64,000 nt of DNA from an uncultured Solirubrobacteraceae bacterium (lineage in GTDB: Bacteria; Actinomycetota; Thermoleophilia; Solirubrobacterales; Solirubrobacteraceae), in the NCBI GenBank assembly GCA_963740075.1, contig CAVUCP010000005.1, positions 273,288-337,287 on the forward strand, written 5' to 3'. The notes under the pieces are model-generated. The model was not told where the DNA came from. It saw nothing but the letters and a program-made list of their open reading frames with translations, and made no database searches. The translations under genes and the position numbers were made by a program. This document shows, one piece after another, positions 24,140 through 33,194 of this stretch. Positions within the stretch are counted from its first letter, which is position 1. Each line of letters begins with the position of its first letter.

Positions 24140-26336
24140 TTACGCGCCGGCCGCGGCAAGCTCGCTGGCCCGCCCGCCGCAGTCGTAGAGCGTGCCCGCG
24201 CCCGTGGATGTGTTCGCCTTCACGCAGGCCTTCGCAGCCGCCGCGATCGCGACCCTGGCGCCTGTGCGTGAGTCACCCGGAAGCCCTCCGATACCGCCAA
24301 GCCCCCTCCCGAAGGCCTTGCCTGCGGCGCCGCCGAAACCGGCACCGAGGCCGGCGGCGGCCGAGGGGGATGTCGGGGCTGATTCTTCGTCCAGCACCCA
24401 GCGGATCTTGCCCGCCGCGACCTCGCCCGCGAGCCAGGAGACCGTCACCTCGCTCTCGCGGCCGGAGAATCCGCCGATGCCCGCGACGTCGGCGTTCTGA
24501 TCGATGATCGCCGTCGCGGCGCTCGACTGGCTTGACACCGCGATCGTGCCGCCGCCGTGCTCGCCCGTGTAGGAGATCACCTTTGCAAGGGAGGCACCGC
24601 CGAACGGTCCGCCGGCTCCGCCGCCCGTGCCTCCCGGCGCACCCTGCGCTCCCGGCTGGCCGAAGCCGCCCGGTCCTGCGCCGGCGGCGGGCGCGCCAGG
24701 CGCGCCGCTGGGAGCGCCGCTGATTTCCGGTGCGCCGCCGAAGAGCTGTCCCGGACCGCCGCCCGGCGCCCCCGCGCCCCCGCCGGGCAGGCCGCCCGCG
24801 CCGGGCCCTGCGCCTGCTGCGGGGCCGCCGGCGGCCGCGACTGAGCTCGGGCCGCCCGCTGGGAACGTGCCGCTCGTGGCGTGCCCGAGCGTGTCGACCG
24901 CCCATGCCGCCGGGGCCATCAGCAACGCTGCGACGGCGCCCGCGACCGCGACGGCGCGAATGCGCCCGTCGCCGGCGAACAGCAATGCGCCCGCGCTGAG
25001 CACCCCGGCGATGATGAGCACCGGCGTGAGCCACGTCAGGTTCCCGGGGTAGTCGCCGTGCACGATCAGCTCGACGATCACCCCGGCCAGGATGGCCGCG
25101 GGCCCGAAGATCCGGACGTTCACCTTGCCGTGGATGAGCTGCGCCGCGCCTGCTCCCACGAGCGCCGCAGTGAAGGGCGCGAGCAGCGAGACGTAGTAAG
25201 GATGGAAGATGCCGCCGGCGAACGAGAACAGGACGGCCGTCGTGAGGAATGCGCCGCCGACAGCGATCAGCCAGGCGCTGCGGGGGTCACGGCGGCGCAG
25301 TCGTGAGGAGACGAGGATCGCGACCGCAGAGACCACGGCGAAGCCCAGCAACCAGCCGGCCTGCCCGCCGAGTGCCGTGTTGAGCAGCCGCAGCGGCCCG
25401 CTCGCGCCGCCGAACATCGTCCCGCCCACGCCTCCCGGACCCCCGGCCTGACCTTCAACGCGGCCGAGACCGTTGTATTCGAATATCAGCGACAGGATGC
25501 TGTTGTTGGGAGTGCCCGATATCCACGGGCGGTCCGCTGCGGGCGTCAGTTCGACGAGTGCGGGCCAGGCACCCGCCACCAGCACCATCACGGCCCCGCC
25601 GGCCAGGAGCTGCCAGAGCGCGCGGAGACGGCCGCGGCCCGCGGGGTCGACCCACAGCCAGGCCGCCGCTATCGCCGGTACGACGACGAGCGCGACCCCC
25701 ATCTTCGTCTCGAACCCGAGCCCCACGCACACGCCGGCCGCGATCAGCCAGCGCGTGCTGCCGCGCTCGAACGCCCGCGACGGCGCACCAGAGCGACGCG
25801 ACGCAGCAGAGGACCAGCAGCGCATCGGGGTTGTTGTGGCGGGAGATCGCGACGGTCACCGGGGTGAGCGCGAGCGCGAGGCCGCCGATGAAACCGCCGA
25901 TGCGCCCGAACCGGCGGCGCACCAGGTCATAGAGGAGTCCGACGGTTGCGACGCCCATCAGGGCCTGCGGGACCAGGATGCTCAGGGGGTGGTATCCGAA
26001 GACCCTCACCGAAAGGGACTCGACCCACAGCGCGAGCGGCGGCTTGTCGACCGTCATCACGCCGCTGCGATCGAGCGAGGCGAAGAGGAAGTTGTGCCAG
26101 CTCGAGCTCATCGAGCGGACAGCCGCGCTGTAGTAGTCGTTCGCCCAGCCGTTGCGGCTGAGCGACCAAAGGTTCAGGACACCCGCCAGCGCCAGCAGGC
26201 CGATCAGCTCAGGTCGCGGCATGCGTGTCGAACGCGCGCGTTCGCTCACCCGCGATGTGCCGCGGGCGCGCCCGGCCGCGGCGGCCGGCGCAGCTGCAGT
26301 TCCGCTCTTATATGACACGCTCACGAATGCCAGCAT
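24140..26336 (-). CDS. GT39/ArnT-like (PMT_2) membrane glycosyltransferase, YkcB-like; one frameshift near 25779
   Basis: N part WANDYYSAAVRSM, VDKPP, RHNNPD; C part GFETKM, YNGLGR, FHPYY, IGGFSG; removing one base in gccgtcgcgggcgttc restores ...WCAVRAFERG... Confidence 0.8.
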
Positions 26337-26399
26337 CGGTGCTGCGTGTAGGAGCAGCGTGTGAGAAACCTCAATGTTCCATAAGCGATGGCGCCGGGG

Positions 26400-27203
26400 T
26401 CACTCGATCAGCCGCCTGCCGAGCTGGGAGATCGCGAGTCGCCACATCAGCAGCGCGAACGCGATCAGGAACGCCGCGTTCCACACGTCCGCGAGCCCGA
26501 GCGACGCAAGCGATGCATCCCTGACGAGCTGAACGCAGTGGTAGAGCGGGTTCAGCTTGGCGATCGTCTGGACGGCGGGCGGGAGTGAGGTGATGGGAAA
26601 GAACGTCCCGGCGAGCAGGAACAGCGGGGTGAGAACGGCGCTGGTGATGTAGTTGAAGTTGTCGATCGTCTTCGCGACGGCGGCGACGGTCACGCCGAAG
26701 CCCGCGAAGCCGAAGCCCGTCACGAACCCGATCAGCGGCACGAGCAGCATCCCCCAGTGGGGCGCGAGTCCGAATGCGATCGCTACCAGCAGCGGCGCCA
26801 TGCCGTAGACGCCGGCGCGCAACGAGATCCACAGGACCTCCGCGGTGATCAGCTCCTCGACGTCCACGGGCGCGGCGAGCACCGCATCGTAGGTCCGCTG
26901 GAACTGCCAGCGGATGAACGTGTTGAACATCCCCGGAAACGCGGAGGAGAACAGCACCGCAGTGGCCACAACCCCCGTCCCGACGTACTGCACGTACGTC
27001 AGGCCGCCGACGTGCGAGACGAGCGAGCCGAAGCCGAGACCGAACGCGAGCAGATAGATCGTCGGCTGCACGATCGACGAGAAGGTCGTCGACTTCCAGT
27101 AGCGCCCGAAGATCGCAACATCGCGGCTCATGACACCGGCCAGAGCGGCCGGTTCGAGCCTCCCGACGCGTTGTACGGCGCGATCGGGTGCAGGGCTGCT
27201 CAT
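26400..27203 (-). CDS. ABC-2 type exporter permease (NodJ-like)
   Basis: QPTIYLLAFGLGFG, YVQYVGTG, PLFLLAGTFFP, LNPLYHCV; ATGA overlap with the ATPase. Confidence 0.88.
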   Translation of the reverse strand: MSSPAPDRAVQRVGRLEPAALAGVMSRDVAIFGRYWKSTTFSSIVQPTIYLLAFGLGFGSLVSHVGGLTYVQYVGTGVVATAVLFSSAFPGMFNTFIRWQFQRTYDAVLAAPVDVEELITAEVLWISLRAGVYGMAPLLVAIAFGLAPHWGMLLVPLIGFVTGFGFAGFGVTVAAVAKTIDNFNYITSAVLTPLFLLAGTFFPITSLPPAVQTIAKLNPLYHCVQLVRDASLASLGLADVWNAAFLIAFALLMWRLAISQLGRRLIE

Positions 27204-28108
27204 TCGATGTCCTCCCCGGTGAGCGCCACGAACGCATCCTCGAGGTTGGCCGGTCGCATCACCCCGTCGGGAGCGTCCCCGTCGAGGGTCTCGGCCCTCA
27301 TGATCGCGACCGCCGGCCCGCTGCGCCTGGTGGCCCAGCCTCGCCGCGTCGCGGTCTCCGCCACCTCGGCGAGCCGGTCCGCGGGCCCGTAGACCTCGAG
27401 CACCCTCTCCCCGGCGTGCCTGCTGACGAGCTCCGCCGGGGTTCCCTGCGCGATGATCCGACCGGCCGACATCACGGCAACGGTATCCGCGAGCCGCTCG
27501 GCCTCCTCGATGTAGTGGGTGCTCATGAGGACCGTCACGCCGCTGCTGCGCAGGCCGTCGATCAGCGTCCAAAGCTCCTGTCTGACCTGGGGGTCCAGGC
27601 CGACGGTGGGCTCGTCCAGCAGCACCAGGCGCGGCCCGTGGATCAGCCCGCGCGCAACCAGCAGACGCCTTCGCATACCGCCCGAGAGCTCTTTGACGAT
27701 CGTGTCGGCGCGGGGCTCGAGGTTGGCGATCTCGAGCGCTCGGAGCACGGCGGTGGGCCTGTCGGCCCGCGGGACGCGGTAGAGCCGCGCGTAGACCGTC
27801 AGAACCTGCCGGCATGTGAGCTCGACGTCGAGGTTGTCCAGCTGCGGCACCACACCCATCTCAAGGCGGGACTGCTTCGATTCGCGCGGCAGCTCATAGC
27901 CCAGCACCGAGATCGACCCCTGGTCGGCGAGCGCCTGCGCGGTGAGCATCCGCATCGTCGTCGACTTGCCCGCGCCGTTCGGACCGAGCAGTCCGAAGCA
28001 GATGCCCGCGGGCACCTCGAGGTCGAGCCCGTCCACCGCGGTTATCGCGCCGTAGCGCTTGTGGACGCCCCTGATCGATATCGCCCGCTGCTCGTCGATC
28101 TTTGCCAT
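27200..28108 (-). CDS. ABC exporter ATP-binding protein (NodI-like)
   Basis: GPNGAGKST, VPQLDNLD, LSGGMRRRL, LDEPTVGLDP, STHYIEEAE. Confidence 0.92.
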   Translation of the reverse strand: MAKIDEQRAISIRGVHKRYGAITAVDGLDLEVPAGICFGLLGPNGAGKSTTMRMLTAQALADQGSISVLGYELPRESKQSRLEMGVVPQLDNLDVELTCRQVLTVYARLYRVPRADRPTAVLRALEIANLEPRADTIVKELSGGMRRRLLVARGLIHGPRLVLLDEPTVGLDPQVRQELWTLIDGLRSSGVTVLMSTHYIEEAERLADTVAVMSAGRIIAQGTPAELVSRHAGERVLEVYGPADRLAEVAETATRRGWATRRSGPAVAIMRAETLDGDAPDGVMRPANLEDAFVALTGEDIE

Positions 28109-28253
28109 CGCGACACTGTAGGTGCGCCGCGGACCTGTGCGTCTGTACACGCCGGCACGCCAAATCTCGGACGCCGGTCCATGTCAGCGACCGCACCGTC
28201 CGCGCGATGCTGCTTGGGTCCCGCCCTGCACCCTCCAACACTTCGAAAGAGCG

Positions 28254-29036
28254 ATGCCCACACGTGTCCCCCAGATCATCGCCCTCGGCGGAGGTGGCTT
28301 CTCGATGGAGCGCGACGGCGCGCTGCTCGACGACTACGCGCTGTCCCTGCTCGCGCCCGCCCGACCGCGTGTGTGCTTCCTTCCCACGGCCTCGGGCGAC
28401 GCCGACCATTACGTCGTGCGCTTCTACAGGAGGTTCTCCCCCGCCTGCGACGCAAGCCATGTCTCGCTCTTCCGCCGCGATCAGGGCACCGGCGGCGTAG
28501 AGGAGAACCTCGAGAGCCACCTGCTCTCCCAGGACCTCATCTATGTCGGCGGAGGCAACCTGCTGAGCATGCTTGGGGCCTGGCGCGCGCACGGCCTGGA
28601 TCGCGTCCTGCGCAAGGCCTGGCGCCGGGGCATCGTCCTGTGCGGTCCCTCGGCCGGGTCGCTCTGCTGGTTCGACCAGGCGCTCTCCGCATTTCACGGC
28701 GCGCCGCGGCCGGTGCGGGGGCTCGGGCTTCTCCCCTACTCGAACTGCGTGCACTACGACGCCGAGCCCGCACGGCGGTCGCAGTACCACCAGTTCGTCG
28801 CGTCGGGGATGTGCGCCGGGTTCGCGGTCGAGGACGGCGTGGGCCTGCACTTCTGCGGCACTCAGCTCGCGAGGGCCGTGAGCTCGCGTCCGCAGGGTCG
28901 GGCGTTCAGCGTCCAGTCCGAGGGCGGGCGCGTTCGCGAGACGCCGCTGGAGGTGTGCTTTCTCGGCGCGCCGATGCCGCACGAACCGCCGGAGCGCGCG
29001 GAGCCGGCGCTCTCGCGGCAGTCGGTCGCCGCATGA
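28254..29036 (+). CDS. Peptidase E (S51 family), copy 1
   Basis: IIALGGGGF, FLPTASGD, IYVGGGN, GPSAGSLCWF nucleophile elbow, CVHYD. Confidence 0.87.
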   Translation: MPTRVPQIIALGGGGFSMERDGALLDDYALSLLAPARPRVCFLPTASGDADHYVVRFYRRFSPACDASHVSLFRRDQGTGGVEENLESHLLSQDLIYVGGGNLLSMLGAWRAHGLDRVLRKAWRRGIVLCGPSAGSLCWFDQALSAFHGAPRPVRGLGLLPYSNCVHYDAEPARRSQYHQFVASGMCAGFAVEDGVGLHFCGTQLARAVSSRPQGRAFSVQSEGGRVRETPLEVCFLGAPMPHEPPERAEPALSRQSVAA

Positions 29037-29857
29037 GCTGGGCCCCGGAGGTACCCCCCGAGCGCAGGCGGATCTTCGTGATGGGCGGTGGGGGTTTCAC
29101 AATGGAGCCCGGCAACCCGCTGCTCGACGACTTCGTCCTGTCGCTCGCCGGCCGGCGCGAACCGCGGATCCTGTTCCTGCCCACGGCATCCGGCGACACC
29201 GCCTCGCACATCGACGCGTTCAGAGCCCGCTTCCACGGCCGGCTGTGCGTGCCCGAGCACATGTCGCTCTTCCGCCTGCGCGAGGCCAGGCGCTCGCTCG
29301 AGCAGACGGTCGCCGAACAGGATGTGATCTACGTGGGCGGCGGCTCCATGCGTAACCTGCTCGCCCTCTGGCGGGCTCACGGCCTGGACACGCTGCTGAT
29401 CAGGGCGTGGAGATCCGGGACGGTGCTCGCCGGGCTCAGCGCAGGAGCGATGTGCTGGTTCCAGGGCGGTGTCACTCGCTCCAGCGGACCGCCGGAGGTG
29501 ATCGACGGGCTGGGCGTCGTGAAGGGCTCGCTCACGGTCCATGCGGACGGCGAGCCCGAGAGGCTGCCGGTCTGGCTTGCCGCGGTGAAGAGCGGGGAGC
29601 TGAGCGGCGGCTGGGCGCTGGACGACGGCGTGGGAATGCTGATCCAGGATCAGGAGCCCGTGCGCGTGGTCAGCTCGCGTCAGGGCGCCGGAGCCGAGCG
29701 TGCCGACGCGATCGCGGGAGAGCTCGTCCGCCGGCGCCTGGAGCCCGAGATGCTCGGCGAGTCTCCCGAGCTTTCGCTCGGTGGGCGCGACGAGGCCGTC
29801 CGGGAGCTCCGCGAGCTGAACCGCATGCGGCGCGAACGGCGCCGGGCGCGCGGGTAG
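29033..29857 (+). CDS. Peptidase E (S51 family), copy 2
   Basis: IFVMGGGGF, FLPTASGD, IYVGGGS, GLSAGAMCWF, TVHAD; ATGA overlap with copy 1. Confidence 0.87.
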   Translation: MSWAPEVPPERRRIFVMGGGGFTMEPGNPLLDDFVLSLAGRREPRILFLPTASGDTASHIDAFRARFHGRLCVPEHMSLFRLREARRSLEQTVAEQDVIYVGGGSMRNLLALWRAHGLDTLLIRAWRSGTVLAGLSAGAMCWFQGGVTRSSGPPEVIDGLGVVKGSLTVHADGEPERLPVWLAAVKSGELSGGWALDDGVGMLIQDQEPVRVVSSRQGAGAERADAIAGELVRRRLEPEMLGESPELSLGGRDEAVRELRELNRMRRERRRARG

Positions 29858-29882
29858 ACACGCCGCCTGCTACAAGTCGCGC

Positions 29883-30415
29883 ATGGCGGAGAGCAGGAAG
29901 CTGACCGGCGGCGCGCTGCGAGAACATCGCGAGGCACTCGTACGGGAGCACATGGAGTCGGAGAACACCCACGACTTCGACACGACGATCGGCACCTTCT
30001 CCCACCCGCGCTACGAGCTGATCGCGACGGGCGAGGTGTACGACGGCGAGCGCGAGGTCCGCGACTACTACGCCGAGACGCGGGCCGCGTTCCCCGACCA
30101 GCGCAACGAGCTGATCTCCCTGCGCCACAGCGACGATGCGGTGATCGTTGAGTTCGACCTGCTCGGCACCCATCTCGGCAGGCTTCGATCGCTTCCGCCG
30201 ACGGGGCGATCGTTCCGCGCCCGGATGGTCGCGTTCTTCATCTTCGACGGCGCTGAGATCGTCTGCGAGCGCGTCTACTTCGACCAGGCGAGCATCCTCA
30301 GACAGCTGGGCGTCGCGCATGACCCCACCTCGCTGGCGGGCGGGTGTCGACGGCCGTCAGTCATCCGCTGACGATCGGCGGCGCACTGGTGCGATCGGTG
30401 TTCGACCGCGGCTAG
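29883..30415 (+). CDS. SnoaL-like ester cyclase / NTF2-fold protein; probable -1 frameshift near 30340
   Basis: HMESEN, RAAFPDQRNE, GTHLG...PPTGRSF, ERVYFD; shifted frame continues VSTAVSHPLTIGGALVRSVFDRG* (the uncorrected ORF stops at 30371). Confidence 0.75.
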
Positions 30416-31407
30416 AGCCCGGACCCTGGCGCGGAGCCGATCAGGACGGCCTCGGCCTCCCTGTACTGCCGGTTCATCGCCTCGGTCTCCACGAATGTCA
30501 TGAGCATCCGTGAGGGGTCGAGCGGCGTTCTTCTGAGCGCCGCCGCTCTCGTGGCGGGACCGCCGCCGAAATGCTCGAGCGCGACGTCCCTGGAGAACGT
30601 CAGGCTGATGAAGGACCGCTCGGGGGGAGCCCGCAGGACCGTCTCGGACGAGTAGGCCCTGTAGAGGCCTGCGCCGCGCCCGAGGATGCTCCACAGGGCA
30701 CGGCTGAACCCGAGTCGCGAGAGCAGGTGCTCCTTGCGCCGCTCGCGCGACCACTCGCCGGTGAACACGTCCGCGCCGCGCAGGACCTTGCCGGCATACG
30801 GAGCGAGGCCGAGCTCGGCGAGCACGACCGCGTGCCCCTTGACCGTCTCTCCGGCCGCGGGGTTGCTGACGAACGCGCGCGAGAACGCCCTGTCCATGTC
30901 GGCCAGCCCCCGCTGCCCCATGTACTCCTCGAGCAGATCCATCACGCGCCGGTCTCCCTCCCTCGCCTCGACCATCCGCGCCAGGTCCAACCGCGGCACC
31001 CTGCCGGAGAGCCAGCTCGCGACCTGCGCCTGCTCCGCCGCCGCCATCCGCCGGCTCTCACGGGCTCTCTCCGGGTCCGCCTCGATCCGCAGGGTCCTGT
31101 CCAGGCGGACGCAGACGTCGCGCATCTCCTCGACGGTGGCGGCGCCGGCGCGCTCGGAGCCGTGTGCGAACTGGTAGCCGCCCGCGTCCTCCAGCGGGAT
31201 CCTCCAGCGGGCCCCCTCGTCCTCGAACGCGGCGATCTGCAGTTCGAACATCCCGTCGCGCAGGTCGACCGCGATGATCCTCACCGGCGTGCGGCGGGCG
31301 TCGAGCAGGCGCCCGGTGTTGCCGGGGACGAGGTGCGAGAGCGTCCCGGCCTCGAAGTCGCCGTCTGGCGCCTGGGCAGGATCGGACCTGTAGACGGGCG
31401 GGGACAT
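30412..31407 (-). CDS. Hypothetical protein with candidate C-terminal ADP-ribosyltransferase fold
   Basis: Intact ORF with GC-rich coding character; LYR ... FISLTFSRDVA..F ... EAEAVL motif order. Confidence 0.6.
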   Translation of the reverse strand: MSPPVYRSDPAQAPDGDFEAGTLSHLVPGNTGRLLDARRTPVRIIAVDLRDGMFELQIAAFEDEGARWRIPLEDAGGYQFAHGSERAGAATVEEMRDVCVRLDRTLRIEADPERARESRRMAAAEQAQVASWLSGRVPRLDLARMVEAREGDRRVMDLLEEYMGQRGLADMDRAFSRAFVSNPAAGETVKGHAVVLAELGLAPYAGKVLRGADVFTGEWSRERRKEHLLSRLGFSRALWSILGRGAGLYRAYSSETVLRAPPERSFISLTFSRDVALEHFGGGPATRAAALRRTPLDPSRMLMTFVETEAMNRQYREAEAVLIGSAPGSGL

Positions 31408-31430
31408 CGTGCCCAGATGATGGCGGCCGC

Positions 31431-33139
31431 TCAGCAGGGGTGAGGCCACGTGAAGTGGCAGCGCGGCGTGTGGATCCGGGATGCGATGTCGTACGGGTAG
31501 ACGAGCGCGCGGATGTAGCCCAGGTTGCGTTCGGCGACGGGCACGCCGAGCTCGGGGTCTGGATGCAGGACCGCGTTGAACGACGTGTCCAGGCTGTCCA
31601 CGATGAGCAGGCTGCGGATCCCGCTGCGCGGCTCATACCAGCTCGAGATCATCCCGAGCTGCGGATAACACAGCGTGTGGGTGACCGGGTCGCATGTCCT
31701 CACGGGCCGCACGGGGACAGCGAAGTCGGTTGCCCACGTGAGCTCCTCGGCATCCCAGTAGCCTCCGTAGCCGACGCTCACGTGCTCGGAGGCCGCGAAG
31801 GCCTTCAGCTCCGCCGCCGCGGACGGGCCGGGGAACCTGACCGCCACTTCCGGCGATGTGATGACCGTGAACGGGGCACGCAGCACCTGGTAGGTGCCGA
31901 TCAGCGCGAACGCGCATACACCCGCCGTGAGTGCGCGGCGGCTGCGCACGCCGGCGCCGGCGAGCGGGAGAAGGGCGGCGAGCCGCCGCGTATCCGGCCA
32001 GCAGGTAGCGCCCGCTCAGCGCGTCCTTCGGGCGCGTCGCTGAGGATGAACACCAGGGTCGTGCACAGCAGGCTCAGCGACCAGAACGAGAGGTATGCCA
32101 GCGCTGCGGGCGACATGCCGCGGCGCAGCGCCCGGCGCATGAGCAGCCGGCGTGCCTGCTCCAGCGCGAGCAGCAGGGCACACAGCACCATGACCGCGCT
32201 CGCGAACAGGAGCACTCCCTCGAGCGTCGGACCGAGTGCGCTCAGCCGTCCGCCGCCGAGAAACGCGTAGCTCCTTGCGAGCAGCGCGAGGTTGTGGGTC
32301 AGCATGTTCGACGCGACGAGCCCTACGGGCAGGGAGCGGGCGGTGATGCCGCCGGCGCGCATCACGGCGGCGAGGAGAACGCCGCCGAGGATCGCCACGG
32401 CGATCACGGTGAGCGTGAAGAGGGCGAGCTTCCCGCGCGCCCGCGGCGTGAGCCGGCCGGCCACGACGGCGCTCGCGCCCCCGAGGGGTATCAGTGCCCA
32501 GAACGGGAAGAGCGTGTCGGATGCCGTGGGCAACGCGCTGAGCGCTCCGAGCGCCACCGCCGCCGCCGCGACGGCGCGCGCGCTCATCCTCTCGACGCGA
32601 CCGGCGATCCACACGAGCGCGGCGGCGACCAGGATCGTGTGCACGAGCGCGAGGGAGTGCCAGTTGACGGCGAGCATGCAGAACCGGCCGAAGGCGCCGG
32701 CGCACAGCAGCGCCGCTGCGCTGATGGACGCCGACCACGCGTCGAACGCCCGCCGTGCGCTCCAGGCGAGCAGGAGCACGCCGCACAGGCTCCACAGCGC
32801 GGGCGCGAGTTCCCACAGCCCGCGGTGCGACGGCAGCGACCGTGTCGCGAGCAGGAACAGCCATTCCTCGTACCAGGCATGGTTGCCGAGCGAGATGTAG
32901 GTGCCCGCCGGGAGGTGCGCGGCGGCCTGGCCGAGCACGGGCGCCAGCGCCGCGTCGCTGTTGACGTAGACCGACGTGATGATCGCGTGGAAGTTCAGGA
33001 TCACCGCGGCCGCATACCCGGCCGCGCACAGCGCCGGAAGCCACCACAATGCCGGGCTGGGGCCCCGCAGCTGCTGCACGGGGTCCGTCGCGGGCGCCGG
33101 GCGCCGGCGTGAGACGCTGAGGCTCGCGCTGTCGCTCAC
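31431..33139 (-). CDS. Polytopic membrane protein, GT-C-like glycosyltransferase; two +1 frameshifts near 32030 and 31983
   Basis: YVNSD motif after TM1, many TMs; the corrected frame reads SDAPKDALSGRYLLAGYAALAALLPL then the C-terminal GYGGYWDA domain. Confidence 0.6.
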
Positions 33140-33194
33140 ATCATCATCGTCGCCGATCCGCGGCCGCACCGAGCCGCCGCGGCCCGCTGCCGCG

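Noticed and set aside
25770-25790. Programmed frameshift or phase variation in the GT39 gene
   Set aside because: No slippery heptamer or homopolymer tract; many similar indels nearby point to sequence error.
27188-29857. 889-aa ORF suggesting a large fusion ending in peptidase E
   Set aside because: The N-terminal part is antisense to the ABC ATPase and out of frame over peptidase copy 1; the real start is the ATGA-coupled ATG at 29033.
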